Virus record (IMG/VR): IMGVR_UViG_3300028559_000005
DNA length: 64,000 nt
Strand: one strand, 5' to 3'
From: a virus
Lineage: Duplodnaviria > Heunggongvirae > Uroviricota > Caudoviricetes
The translations under genes and the position numbers were made by a program. Below the pieces are notes generated by a model. That model had not been told where the DNA came from and searched no databases. It worked only from the letters and a program-made list of their open reading frames with translations. Positions 40,844-51,344 of this stretch are shown here, one piece after another (the first letter of the stretch is position 1; the number at the start of each line of letters is the position of its first letter).

Positions 40844-41824
40844 ATGACATACTCAGTAGGCGGATTAGTCCAGGCAGCAGACTATAATACGTTTCAGACC
40901 AATCTCAACGCTATCTGGAGTACTGGCTCAACTGACAGCGGGTGGGGGCAAACTGCATTGAGTGGTGTAACTGCTAATACAGTAGTAACTGCTACCAATT
41001 GGTCCAGCTTAGTCAACACTCTGACCACAGCAGGCAGCCAAACCACCACCACATTGACTTCGCGAACAGCACCGGTCACCGGTGATATTGTTGCGGTGTT
41101 GACCAATGTGGCCACAGATATTACCAGTGTCACGACCAGACGCGGATATGCAACCAGTTCAGGAACTACTAGTTCAACCTGGACTGGTTCTACTTCCAAA
41201 ACTACCGATACTGGTGTTCCGGGTACCAGCGGCTGGACAATTACCTGGACACATGATGTAACATTCCCTAGTGCTGCTCAAGCTAGATATTTCTGGAATG
41301 CCGGAGGCCTGGTACGTTTGGATATGAGCAAATCCTCAAACAGCACTGACATAGATCCTGATTGGAATACATTTGTATCCACTGTGGGTGCTTTGTATGT
41401 AAGTGGTAGAGTCAACAATGCAAGCCAAGTCATTGCAGGTGTTACTTACACAGGATTCACAAGAATAGGTGGATCAGGCACACCAAGTCCAAATTTGACC
41501 ACAACCGGATGGTATTCACTTACTAGTGGTGCAGGTGCAACCACATTGTTTCAATTAAATAATTCGGTATACCCTTATAGCTCTAGTTTTATCAGGGTAA
41601 CTGCACAAGTCTTGTCAAGCTCAACAGTATTGCGGCTAACGACCACCTGGTTTCAATCCACACAATTTCAGCAAACTGGAATCAGTGGCGGTACTGATAC
41701 CACAAGCCCATTTACTGCGTTTGGAACAGCACCTGCTGTGTTGTGTCGTTTTGTTCCACCGTCAACTGCACAGGGATTGGCCAATACTTGGGGAACTCCA
41801 ACAGTCGCGGCCAGCGTAGTTTAA
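40844..41824 (+). CDS. Thr/Ser/Gly-rich virion protein, copy 1
   Basis: 326 aa; MTYSVGGLVQAADYN; TFPSAAQARYFWNAGG. Confidence 0.7.
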   Translation: MTYSVGGLVQAADYNTFQTNLNAIWSTGSTDSGWGQTALSGVTANTVVTATNWSSLVNTLTTAGSQTTTTLTSRTAPVTGDIVAVLTNVATDITSVTTRRGYATSSGTTSSTWTGSTSKTTDTGVPGTSGWTITWTHDVTFPSAAQARYFWNAGGLVRLDMSKSSNSTDIDPDWNTFVSTVGALYVSGRVNNASQVIAGVTYTGFTRIGGSGTPSPNLTTTGWYSLTSGAGATTLFQLNNSVYPYSSSFIRVTAQVLSSSTVLRLTTTWFQSTQFQQTGISGGTDTTSPFTAFGTAPAVLCRFVPPSTAQGLANTWGTPTVAASVV

Positions 41825-41890
41825 ATATAACTTAATATTCACTAGGGCACTGTAGAAGTCATTGTGACAATAAAATAATAAGATATCAAT

Positions 41891-42886
41891 ATGACATACT
41901 CAGTAGGCGGATTAATTCAGGCAGCAGACTATAATACGTTTCGGAACAATCTGAATGCGATCTGGAGTACTGGGTCGGGTGACAGTGGCTGGGGACAAAC
42001 TGCATTGAGCGCCGTAAGCAGCCAGTCCGGAGAGGTAGCTGCTGTTAATTGGTCCGCTTTGGTCAACACGCTGGCCACAGCAGGCAGCCAAACCAACACC
42101 ACATTGACTGCAAGAACATCACCAGTTAGTGGTAATGTAATTGCTATCTTGGCCAATGTAGCCACAGATATTACCAGTGTCACAACCAGACGGGGATTTG
42201 CAACTGGGATTCAATCAAGTACACCAACCTGGACTGGTAGTATTTCCAAAACTACCGATACTGGTGTTCCGGGTACCAGCGGCTGGACAATTACCTGGAC
42301 ACAGAATGTAATATTTCCTAGTGCTGCTCAAACTAGATATTTTTGGAATGCCGGCGGTCTCATAAGGTTAAGAATGAGCAAATCCTCAAACAGCACTGAC
42401 ATAGATCCTGATTGGAATACATTTGTATCCACTGTGGGAGACTTGTATATTAGTGGTAGAGTCAACAATGCAAATCAAGTCATTGCAGGTGTTACTTACA
42501 CAGGATTCACAAGAATAGGTGGATCAGGCACACCAAGTCCAAATCTAACCACAACCGGATGGTATCAAATCCCAGGCCCAATAGGCACAAGCACCACATT
42601 GTTTCAATTAAATAATTCGGTATATCCTTATAGCTCTAGTTTTATTCGGGTACAAGCAGCAGAGGTTTTTACCACCTTCCCTACAACTGGATTGCGGCTA
42701 ACGACCACCTGGTTTCAATCCACACAATTTCAGCAAACTGGAATCAGTGGCGGTACTGATACCACAAGCCCATTTACTGCGTTTGGAACAGCACCTGCTG
42801 TGTTATGTAGTGTTTTCACGCCATCAACCGCACAGGGATTAGCTAATACCTGGGGAACTCCAACGGTGACCAGTTCGGTTGTTTAA
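41891..42886 (+). CDS. Thr/Ser/Gly-rich virion protein, copy 2 (paralogue of 40844-41824)
   Basis: 331 aa; long stretches are identical to copy 1. Confidence 0.7.
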   Translation: MTYSVGGLIQAADYNTFRNNLNAIWSTGSGDSGWGQTALSAVSSQSGEVAAVNWSALVNTLATAGSQTNTTLTARTSPVSGNVIAILANVATDITSVTTRRGFATGIQSSTPTWTGSISKTTDTGVPGTSGWTITWTQNVIFPSAAQTRYFWNAGGLIRLRMSKSSNSTDIDPDWNTFVSTVGDLYISGRVNNANQVIAGVTYTGFTRIGGSGTPSPNLTTTGWYQIPGPIGTSTTLFQLNNSVYPYSSSFIRVQAAEVFTTFPTTGLRLTTTWFQSTQFQQTGISGGTDTTSPFTAFGTAPAVLCSVFTPSTAQGLANTWGTPTVTSSVV

Positions 42887-42905
42887 TATTCACCAGGACA
42901 GAAGG

Positions 42906-42934
42906 TAGACTTTTTCTTTTTATTCGTTTATAAT
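42906..42934 (+). promoter_or_regulatory. Sigma70-type promoter at the start of the modification island
   Basis: TAGACT-17 nt-TATAAT, 6 nt upstream of the ATG at 42941. Confidence 0.55.
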
Positions 42935-42940
42935 ATTTGA

Positions 42941-43246
42941 ATGAATACAGACAATTTAATTTCTCATGCAAAAGCACGATTTGATCATGTGGCTGCACGC
43001 CGTGTGTTGAAAGAAAAATACGAAGCTCGAATGCTGTTTGCATATGGAGGAGGGATGTGGCGTGCTGGTCCTGAACTGATCACACTACTACATGCTTGTC
43101 TACAAGAACAAGCAGTATTGCTGGATCTTTATGAAACCCCAGTCAAGATAACTATTGCAGATCTACAGTTGTTAGCTCAGCGTCATTGGCAAGAACAAAT
43201 GAACGCTTGGTTGGTAGAGAATGAACAATTGAATAAAAAACGATGA
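42941..43246 (+). CDS. Hypothetical protein
   Basis: 101 aa; its stop overlaps the next start (ATGA). Confidence 0.7.
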   Translation: MNTDNLISHAKARFDHVAARRVLKEKYEARMLFAYGGGMWRAGPELITLLHACLQEQAVLLDLYETPVKITIADLQLLAQRHWQEQMNAWLVENEQLNKKR

Positions 43247-44046
43247 CCACAGGTGCATTGATATTTGCATTTGACAATGAGCAAACCGACTATATTAGTA
43301 TGGCTGCTTGGAGTGCAGAGCGTATACGTCGACATTTAAAAATACCCACAGCCGTAATAACAGACTGCACAGATCCGTCACGATTGACCAAATTTGATTG
43401 TGTGATATCAGCAGATCCGGTCAGCGGCGGAACAAGATTTTTTGAAGATTATCAAAACACATTAACATGGTACAATGCCGGCAGGGTGGACGCATACACG
43501 TTAACTCCTTGGGAGCAGACCCTGGTATTAGACGCCGACTATGTTGTTTGCAGTGATCAGTTGACTGCGGTGATTGATAGTAAAAAAGATTTTTTATCTC
43601 ATCGGTTGTCCTGGGATATCACAGGGGTCAATGACTTCAAAGGGTTAAACTGGTTTGGTGATAATCACATGCCCATGTGGTGGGCCACTGTTATGATGTT
43701 TCGTAAAAGTCCCACAGCTGAACATATTTTTGATTGCATGAAAATGGTCAAAGATAATTGGGTACATTACAAAGACTTATATCATAGTCATGGGGGTAAT
43801 TTTCGCAATGACTATGCATTGAGCATTGCATTGGGTATAGAGAGTGGTCATACATTAAATGTAGACAATATACCGTGGAACTTGGCAGCTATTATTTCTA
43901 GCTATAACTTAAAGCAACTCGGCCCAGATCATTTTCAAATTGAATATTTTAACCAAGACAAGTTAAAAACAATTGATTGGCAGAACATGGATTTTCATGC
44001 CATGTGCAAACAACAGTTAGGAGACATCGTTGCCAATACAGTGTGA
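43243..44046 (+). CDS. GT-A fold glycosyltransferase-like protein (GT8-like)
   Basis: TPWEQTLVLDADY DxD motif; WATVMMF. Confidence 0.6.
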   Translation: MTTGALIFAFDNEQTDYISMAAWSAERIRRHLKIPTAVITDCTDPSRLTKFDCVISADPVSGGTRFFEDYQNTLTWYNAGRVDAYTLTPWEQTLVLDADYVVCSDQLTAVIDSKKDFLSHRLSWDITGVNDFKGLNWFGDNHMPMWWATVMMFRKSPTAEHIFDCMKMVKDNWVHYKDLYHSHGGNFRNDYALSIALGIESGHTLNVDNIPWNLAAIISSYNLKQLGPDHFQIEYFNQDKLKTIDWQNMDFHAMCKQQLGDIVANTV

Positions 44047-44803
44047 ACGCGGCTATTTAATAATGGCACAAAATTCTGAATCAGTTGATTATGTTGACTG
44101 TGCAAATCAACTGGCTCGATCTATTCGACATTTTCATCCTGATGCTAAAATTTGTTTGTTATCCAACACAGATTTGCCCAATTCCAATTTGTTTGATTAT
44201 CATCAGACTTTTCCATATCCGCTGAGTGATAACCCGTATGCTAATGACTGGCAGGTATTTGGAGCCAGTCCTTTCAGACAAACTATCAAACTTGAAGCAG
44301 ATATGATTATTGCCAGTGCGATAGATCATTGGTGGACTATGTTAGAGCATAGAGATGTGGTGATATCCACTGGTGCAAGAGATTTTTATGATCAAAAAAC
44401 TACCAACAGATTCTATAGAAAAGTTTTTGATTCTAACAATTTGCCGGATGTATACAATGCTATAACATACTGGAGACTAAGTCAAACTGCACAAGAATTT
44501 TTTCAATTAGTAAGGATAATTTTTGAAAACTGGGCACAATACAAGACTTTAATAAAATTTCCTGATGAAATTCCATCAACGGATTTAGTTTATGCCATGG
44601 CAGCACAGATCATGGGCCCCGAACGTGTGACCATGCCGTTTGTGAGTTATCCTCGTATTGTACATATGAAACGTGGTATAATTCCAACACGTTTAGAAAA
44701 TTGGACACAAGAATTAATTTGGGAATCCAATCCATTAAGGATTCAGACTGTGGCACAATGGGGCGCAGTGCATTATCATCAAAAGGACTGGCGCAATGAC
44801 TGA
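44030..44803 (+). CDS. GT-A fold glycosyltransferase-like protein (paralogue of 43243-44046)
   Basis: GYLIMAQN...DYV, SPFRQTIKLEADM (ExD variant). Confidence 0.55.
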   Translation: MPIQCERGYLIMAQNSESVDYVDCANQLARSIRHFHPDAKICLLSNTDLPNSNLFDYHQTFPYPLSDNPYANDWQVFGASPFRQTIKLEADMIIASAIDHWWTMLEHRDVVISTGARDFYDQKTTNRFYRKVFDSNNLPDVYNAITYWRLSQTAQEFFQLVRIIFENWAQYKTLIKFPDEIPSTDLVYAMAAQIMGPERVTMPFVSYPRIVHMKRGIIPTRLENWTQELIWESNPLRIQTVAQWGAVHYHQKDWRND

Positions 44804-45140
44804 ACAAGAATTTTTAGATTTTTGGGAAACAATCAAGTGGCCTGAAATCAACCCAGTTTTTTATAGATTATATCATGACGATACTGGGTTGCCGTTGTTT
44901 TACAGTCAAGAAGATTTGCCTGGTAAGTACATTGATATCACACCCGCACAGTTTGCATTGCAAAATATGGCAGTACGAGTAGTTGATAAAAAACTCATCC
45001 AATACAAAACTATTTGGGTTAACAAACTTGTAACTGCTGACTCAGGAACACTTTGTCACAGTCAAGATGTAACTATTGTAGTTGCCGATCAATCAGGAAA
45101 ATACTGGAAGAAACAAGAAAATGTCATTGAAACAAATTGA
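44796..45140 (+). CDS. Hypothetical protein
   Basis: 114 aa; overlaps both neighbours in operon fashion. Confidence 0.65.
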   Translation: MTEQEFLDFWETIKWPEINPVFYRLYHDDTGLPLFYSQEDLPGKYIDITPAQFALQNMAVRVVDKKLIQYKTIWVNKLVTADSGTLCHSQDVTIVVADQSGKYWKKQENVIETN

Positions 45141-46035
45141 TGTAGCTGATCTAGATTGCATCTATCTAAGTTACGACGAGCCACAAAAGGAAGAACACTG
45201 GGTCAAGATACGTAATCTAGTGCCCTGGGCCACACGAGTAGACGGAGTCAAAGGATCAGATGCAGCACACAAAGCAGCAGCAACAGCCAGTACCACGGAA
45301 CGTTTTATCTTGATCGATGGTGATAATCTTCCAGATCCAGAGTTTTTTAATCAAACATTGACATTTCCTACAGATGATTACGAACATGCTGTGTTTAGAT
45401 GGAAGGCTCGTAACCATGTGAATGGACTCATGTACGGCAACGGTGGTCTAAGTTCTTGGACCCGGCAGTATGTGCAAAATATGCACACACACGAAAACAC
45501 AGACGGCCGTACCGAAACCCAAGTGGAGTTTTGTTTTGACCCACTATATTGGGCCATGCATGATAGTTATTCAACCACTTATCCTAATGGATCTGCATTT
45601 CACGCCTGGCGTGCTGGATTCCGTGAAGGAGTAAAAATGTGTTTGGATCGAGGGCGTAGACCCACCGTGACTGAATTTCAATCTCGTGTGCATCGACGCA
45701 ATCTTGACCATCTCACCATCTGGCATAATGTGGGTGCAGATGCAGATTACGGATATTGGGCTATAGCAGGCGCACGCCAGGGCACATACATGACCATGCT
45801 CACAAACTGGGATTACTTACAAGTGCAAAATTTTGATACACTGAGTGAATTGTGGCTCACAGTAAAAGATGAACAGCCAGAACATGTGAGTAACAACATT
45901 GCCAACGAATTACATACACAATTGGATCTTCCCATGCACATGCTTACCGTAGAGGCCAGTGCATTTTTTAAACATCATTATTGTAGCAACTGGCAAAACC
46001 GTGGTGTCATGGTGAGAGAGATAGATGCAAGATAA
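45121..46035 (+). CDS. Glycosyltransferase-like protein (GT-A-like)
   Basis: LDCIYLSYDEP, RVDGVKGSDAAHKAAA, RFILIDGDN (DxD). ATG at 45121 is preferred as the start. Confidence 0.55.
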   Translation: MSLKQIDVADLDCIYLSYDEPQKEEHWVKIRNLVPWATRVDGVKGSDAAHKAAATASTTERFILIDGDNLPDPEFFNQTLTFPTDDYEHAVFRWKARNHVNGLMYGNGGLSSWTRQYVQNMHTHENTDGRTETQVEFCFDPLYWAMHDSYSTTYPNGSAFHAWRAGFREGVKMCLDRGRRPTVTEFQSRVHRRNLDHLTIWHNVGADADYGYWAIAGARQGTYMTMLTNWDYLQVQNFDTLSELWLTVKDEQPEHVSNNIANELHTQLDLPMHMLTVEASAFFKHHYCSNWQNRGVMVREIDAR

Positions 46036-47405
46036 TGTCAGAAAACAAAAGTAAATTCTTATCTTCGGCTGAGAAGATGCAAGCTGATCTAGGGCCAGCA
46101 CTATGCCTGGCCAAATGGAAACAGGTCAGCTTGCATCTGACCACCGGGTTAAATAACAGTTGCTATCATCCACCGTTGCATACGATAGATCCTGAAGAGA
46201 TAGCGACCAATCCGGCTGCTTTGCATAACACACGGCATAAAAAAGCACAACGAAAAATAATGCTACAGCAGCAACGTCCTACTGAATGTTCTTACTGTTG
46301 GAACATGGAGGATCTTGGCAAACTAAGTGATCGACATTACAGATCAGGTGAACCCTGGGCTGCGGTGGATTTTGAAAAGATAAAAAACTCAACTGGTGAT
46401 GAAGATGTTATACCGTCGTATGTGGAAGTTAACTTTAACAATGCTTGCAATCTTAAATGCAGTTATTGTAGCCCGCAGTTTAGCTCTAGCTGGCAGCAAG
46501 AAGTTGAACGACATGGCGCATTTCCTACTCTGGTCCCTCATAACGCTCCTGAGCATTTTAGCGGCCATCGGAAGCCTATTCCTGCCCGTGATCACAACCC
46601 TTATGTAGAAGCATTTTGGTCATGGTGGCCTAGTCTATACTCTGAGCTTAAACACTTTCGCATGACTGGTGGAGAACCTCTAATGGATCGGAACACCTAT
46701 CGAGTGTTTGACTATGTATTAGAACATCCAAAAAACGATCTACATCTAGCAGTCACATCGAACTTCAGTGTAGAGCCTGAACTATCCAGCAAATACTTTG
46801 GATATGTGAAACGCTTATGCGATACTGATATCGAACATTTCATGCAATATGTAAGTCTCGATTCGGGCATAGGGCCGCAAGCTGAATACATCCGTCATGG
46901 ATTGGACTTTGCCCGATTGCAGAACAATGTGGAAACATATCTCACAGATATTCCATATCGTAACAGTCTTACATTTATTGTGACCATGAACAATTTGTCA
47001 GTGACTGGCTTCTTACCATTGATAAAATGGATACTAGATCTACGCCGCCGTCATAGTAAAACATATCAACGTGTGTGGTTTGATACACCTGTGCTACGAC
47101 AACCTGCATGGCAGAGCCTTCAGACTTTGCCCGAGAGCTATGCTACAAAACTAGAACAAGCACGAGACTTTATGTTAGAAAACTTAGAGACTGGATCCAA
47201 CCCGTTCCATGGATTCAAGGACTATGAAGTGCAACGTCTTGAGCGTGATATAGATTGGATGCGATCATCTGCACCTCAACCTACTGCGCTGGCAGACTTT
47301 TATAGATTTTTTAACGAACACGATCGACGTAGAGGTACAGACTTTGAGAAGACATTTCCTGAAATGTTGACCTGGTGGAAACAGTGTGGTTTACATGCTC
47401 GATAA
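46035..47405 (+). CDS. Radical SAM protein 1 with an N-terminal twitch-like domain
   Basis: CLAKW...SCYHPP...CSYCW; CNLKCSYC; GGEP. Confidence 0.88.
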   Translation: MSENKSKFLSSAEKMQADLGPALCLAKWKQVSLHLTTGLNNSCYHPPLHTIDPEEIATNPAALHNTRHKKAQRKIMLQQQRPTECSYCWNMEDLGKLSDRHYRSGEPWAAVDFEKIKNSTGDEDVIPSYVEVNFNNACNLKCSYCSPQFSSSWQQEVERHGAFPTLVPHNAPEHFSGHRKPIPARDHNPYVEAFWSWWPSLYSELKHFRMTGGEPLMDRNTYRVFDYVLEHPKNDLHLAVTSNFSVEPELSSKYFGYVKRLCDTDIEHFMQYVSLDSGIGPQAEYIRHGLDFARLQNNVETYLTDIPYRNSLTFIVTMNNLSVTGFLPLIKWILDLRRRHSKTYQRVWFDTPVLRQPAWQSLQTLPESYATKLEQARDFMLENLETGSNPFHGFKDYEVQRLERDIDWMRSSAPQPTALADFYRFFNEHDRRRGTDFEKTFPEMLTWWKQCGLHAR

Positions 47406-47558
47406 TCTACAATTTGTGTCAATAGAATCTTGCAAGTTTCCTTGATTGGTGCTGTAATATATTGTAAATACAACCAACAACATTTAATAGAACTTTACGC
47501 TCTAATTCAAAGTGAGTTTCTTGGCCGTTTTTGGCAATTCCTACATACAACAATATAA

Positions 47559-48896
47559 ATGACTGATCTAGAATTCAAGCAACAGGTGCTAGACACCAAG
47601 AGTGCAAGTTTTTGTGCAGCCAAATGGTACAATGCTACCATTTGGCTTGGCAGCGGTATGACTACCAGCTGCCATCACCCGCCAGCTCATTTGGTAGACC
47701 GAGATAAAGTCACCACCAACCCCAAGCTGCTGCACAATACTGATCAAAAGAAAGAAGACCGTCGTAAAATGCAAGCAGGCGAACGTCCTGCAGGTTGTGA
47801 ATACTGTTGGAAAATTGAAGACATGGGCAGCGATGCTATCAGCGACCGTGTGTACAAAAGTAAAATTTATCCTATTGAGGCGTTAAGTGAAGCATATGAC
47901 ACTTTGCCCAATCAGGACGTTAATCTTCGTACCTTAGAAATTGCTTTTGATCGCACCTGTCAGTTTGCTTGTAGCTATTGTAATCCTGCTTTCAGCAGTA
48001 CATGGGTCCGAGACATACATCAAAATGGACCTTATCAAGGGCTTGTGTCTGATGGTCGCAATCATTTCACTCACAAACATACAAGCAGTCAATTGTATCG
48101 TGTTGGTGAAACAAATCCTTACGTGGAGGCGTTCTTTGCCTGGTGGGAAAGTGATCTTCATAAAACACTTGAAGAACTGAGAATCACTGGTGGCGAACCA
48201 TTGATGTCTGTTGAGACTTGGAAACTGATTGACTGGTTTCGAAACAATCCTGGCCGTAGCCAAACACGACTGGCCATCAATTCAAATCTAGGCACAGCAG
48301 TGGATCTAGATCGATTGCTAGGCAGCATTGAAGGATTAGAAGTTGACCTTTACACATCCAACGAAAGCACAGGACTACAGGCTGAATACATTAGAGATGG
48401 ACTGATTTGGGATGATTGGACAAACAATGTAGAACGATTATTAGACAGTGGCCAATTCCGTGTAATACATGTGATGAACACCATTAATGCATTATGTCTA
48501 GACAGTTTGGATCAATTCTTAGAACGTATGCTACAATGGAAAACCGAATATGGGCGTGATGCTCTGAGCTTTACACTGAATATACTTCGATTTCCTAGTT
48601 TTCAATCACCATTGGTATTGCCTGATAATTTACGTATGCTATATGCACACAAGTTAGAGTCCTGGCTAATTGCCAATCAACACAATGAATTCTTACACGA
48701 GCATGAAGTCAATCATCTTCAACGGCTAATAGATTATCTGGATATAGTAAAAACTCCACATTCGGGATCATTTGAAATGCCCAAGTTGTTAAACGATTTC
48801 AAAAAATTCTATACACAGTATGACCAACGACGCAATAAAGATTTTGGCCATGCATTTCCTGCATTAAAACCATGGTATGACTCAATACAAATATAA
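47559..48896 (+). CDS. Radical SAM protein 2 with an N-terminal twitch-like domain
   Basis: FCAAKW...SCHHPP...CEYCW; CQFACSYC; GGEP. Confidence 0.88.
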   Translation: MTDLEFKQQVLDTKSASFCAAKWYNATIWLGSGMTTSCHHPPAHLVDRDKVTTNPKLLHNTDQKKEDRRKMQAGERPAGCEYCWKIEDMGSDAISDRVYKSKIYPIEALSEAYDTLPNQDVNLRTLEIAFDRTCQFACSYCNPAFSSTWVRDIHQNGPYQGLVSDGRNHFTHKHTSSQLYRVGETNPYVEAFFAWWESDLHKTLEELRITGGEPLMSVETWKLIDWFRNNPGRSQTRLAINSNLGTAVDLDRLLGSIEGLEVDLYTSNESTGLQAEYIRDGLIWDDWTNNVERLLDSGQFRVIHVMNTINALCLDSLDQFLERMLQWKTEYGRDALSFTLNILRFPSFQSPLVLPDNLRMLYAHKLESWLIANQHNEFLHEHEVNHLQRLIDYLDIVKTPHSGSFEMPKLLNDFKKFYTQYDQRRNKDFGHAFPALKPWYDSIQI

Positions 48897-50136
48897 CAGC
48901 AGTGATCTAGTTCGATCCACTAATCTCACAGACCGTGAGAAATTTTTACTAACTGATTCAAAGACTTTTTGCATATATCCTTGGATCCACTTACATGCTT
49001 ATCCAACTGGCGAAGCATATCCCTGTTGTCATTCAGAGATGAAGTATCCTGTAGGTAATTGCAGAACCAATACTTTAGAAGAGATCTGGAAAGATCTTCC
49101 CATGCAGCAATTAAGAGCTGACATGCTGAGCGAAACTCCTAACCCAGCATGCGAGCGCTGCTACGAACAAGAGCAATCAGGATTTTTCTCTGGCAGAAAA
49201 AGTGCAAACAAGCATCACGGGCATCAAATCAAGAAACTTGAAGATAATCCATTTGAAATGACCTATTGGGATATACGGTTCTCAAATCTTTGCAATTTAA
49301 AATGCCGTAGCTGTGGGCATATTTTTTCAAGCCAATGGTATCAGGATCAAGCCGAGTTGGCTGGCAAAGGGTGGAAAGATCAAAATCAAGTATTGAACTA
49401 TGCTGGTCGAACAGAAACTGACATGTGGGAACAGTTGTTACCTCATCTGGATTATGTTGAGCAAATATACTTTGCCGGCGGCGAGCCTTTGTTGATGGAA
49501 GAACACTATAACATATTAGACGAACTGGTACGCAGAGAAAGATTTGATGTCAGACTGATCTATAACACTAACTTTACACATACCAATCTTAAAGGAAAAA
49601 GCGTTTTTGAATACTGGAAACTGTTTAATAGTGTATCAGTAGGTGCCAGTTTAGATGGGTCAGGTCAATATGCCGAGTACATAAGAAAAGGTACTCGATG
49701 GGAACAAATTGAAAAAAATCGAGTTGAGATGATGAAGATATGTCCTAACGTGGATTTTTACATCAGTCCCACCTTGAGCATTCTGAATGCTTGGCATTTA
49801 CCTGACTTTCATAAAGATTGGGTTGAACGTGGGTTTATTAAACCACAAGACCTCAATGTAAATATTCTTCAAGATCCGCTATTTTACAGAATTGATATTG
49901 CACCAATGAAGTACAAACAACGTTTGCGCATCAAGTATCAAGAACATATTGAATGGTTACGTGCGCAAGATCCGTTGCAACGTGCCACAGTGGGATTTGA
50001 ATCAGCTATCAAGTTTTTAATGGCTACTGACAACACTCAGCTCATTGATACTTTTTGGAGGAAAACGCACGAGCTCGACAGCATCAGATCAGAGCAACTG
50101 CTAAATATCATACCAGAGTTAAAAGCGTTACTGTGA
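48877..50136 (+). CDS. Radical SAM protein 3 with an N-terminal twitch-like domain
   Basis: FCIYPW...PCC...CERCY; CNLKCRSC; GGEP. Confidence 0.88.
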   Translation: MTQYKYNSSDLVRSTNLTDREKFLLTDSKTFCIYPWIHLHAYPTGEAYPCCHSEMKYPVGNCRTNTLEEIWKDLPMQQLRADMLSETPNPACERCYEQEQSGFFSGRKSANKHHGHQIKKLEDNPFEMTYWDIRFSNLCNLKCRSCGHIFSSQWYQDQAELAGKGWKDQNQVLNYAGRTETDMWEQLLPHLDYVEQIYFAGGEPLLMEEHYNILDELVRRERFDVRLIYNTNFTHTNLKGKSVFEYWKLFNSVSVGASLDGSGQYAEYIRKGTRWEQIEKNRVEMMKICPNVDFYISPTLSILNAWHLPDFHKDWVERGFIKPQDLNVNILQDPLFYRIDIAPMKYKQRLRIKYQEHIEWLRAQDPLQRATVGFESAIKFLMATDNTQLIDTFWRKTHELDSIRSEQLLNIIPELKALL

Positions 50137-51344
50137 AAATTCCCCACAATCAATTCTGTGTGTTGCCTTGGATTAGCTTAGAAGCCAGTCCTATTGGCAC
50201 AGTAAGACCTTGCTGCCTAGCCGATGACGAGATAGTAGACAATGATGGAAATAAATTTACTCTAACCACAGCTGAGTTTTCAGATATTCAGCGCAGTAAT
50301 CACATGCAAAAATTGCGGTTAGACTTTCTCGATGGCAAGAAATCTGCTACTTGTCGTAAATGCTGGAATGAAGAAGAATCAGGACGCACATCAAAACGTA
50401 TGCACACGTTAGATCGTCTCAAACATACATTAACTGATGAACATTGGACTATAGATCCAAAACCTTTGCAGTCATTGGATCTAAAATTAGGCAACATCTG
50501 CAACCTAAAGTGCCGTATATGCGGGTCTTGGTCAAGTTCACAATTTGCTGGTGAAGAAATTTCATTCTTACCACGAACAGAACAAAAATCTAGTTATGCG
50601 TATAAAATGCTACGTGCTGGTGCATGGCCTAAAGAGAACAATCATTTCTGGCAGCAAATTGATTCAGTGTTGAATGATATACGTTATATTGAATTCACTG
50701 GCGGCGAACCATTCATGATTGATCAACACTTTGATATGCTGCAAGGCATAGTAGATCGCGGCATCGCTAGCCAAGTGGAGATACATTATAATACCAATGG
50801 TACATTGTTTCCTGATCGTGGCGTGGACATATGGAAACATTTTAAAACAGTAGAGATAGCATTTTCAATAGATGACATCAGCGCACGGTTTGAATATCAA
50901 CGCTCAAACGCCGCCTGGGATACCGTAAAAGAAAACATCAATCGTTTCAGAATCATGCGTGAAGGTATGTCTAACTTACAGTTACAATGCTGCACCACTG
51001 TGAATGTTTTTAATGTGAGATACCTCGACGAAGTAGCATCATGGATAGCATTACAAGATTTTGATTTTGTTTATTGGAACATGATGCACGATGCTTGGTA
51101 TTTTTCAATATCAAGACTGCCCGCAGATGCCAAGCAAGAAATTGCAAGCCATCTCAGCATGTGTGATGCTTCAGAAATATATAGATCTGATTTTGAAAGA
51201 ATTATCAATTTTATGAACAACGGTGAATCCATGGATGGTGAAGAAACACGATCTCAGATTCGACTATTGGATCATCGTAGGAATCAGGATTTAAATTGCA
51301 ATCATCCTGAATTGGCACTTTTACTGAATTATGCAAAAACCTGA
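50133..51344 (+). CDS. Radical SAM protein 4 with an N-terminal twitch-like domain
   Basis: FCVLPW...PCC...CRKCW; CNLKCRIC; GGEP. GTG at 50133, overlapping the previous stop, is preferred as the start. Confidence 0.88.
   Translation: MKIPHNQFCVLPWISLEASPIGTVRPCCLADDEIVDNDGNKFTLTTAEFSDIQRSNHMQKLRLDFLDGKKSATCRKCWNEEESGRTSKRMHTLDRLKHTLTDEHWTIDPKPLQSLDLKLGNICNLKCRICGSWSSSQFAGEEISFLPRTEQKSSYAYKMLRAGAWPKENNHFWQQIDSVLNDIRYIEFTGGEPFMIDQHFDMLQGIVDRGIASQVEIHYNTNGTLFPDRGVDIWKHFKTVEIAFSIDDISARFEYQRSNAAWDTVKENINRFRIMREGMSNLQLQCCTTVNVFNVRYLDEVASWIALQDFDFVYWNMMHDAWYFSISRLPADAKQEIASHLSMCDASEIYRSDFERIINFMNNGESMDGEETRSQIRLLDHRRNQDLNCNHPELALLLNYAKT

Larger units (their letters stand above)
40798..42886 (+). 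repeat. Tandem direct duplication with a 1047-nt offset (40798.. and 41845..)
   Basis: GGGCACTGTAGAAG.CATTGTGACAATAAAATAATA.GATATCAATATGACATACTCAGTAGGCGG occurs at both 40798 and 41845. Confidence 0.9.

Noticed and set aside
40844-42886. Diversity-generating retroelement template/variable repeat pair
   Set aside because: Differences between the copies are not adenine-specific, both copies are full ORFs, and there is no reverse transcriptase in the window.
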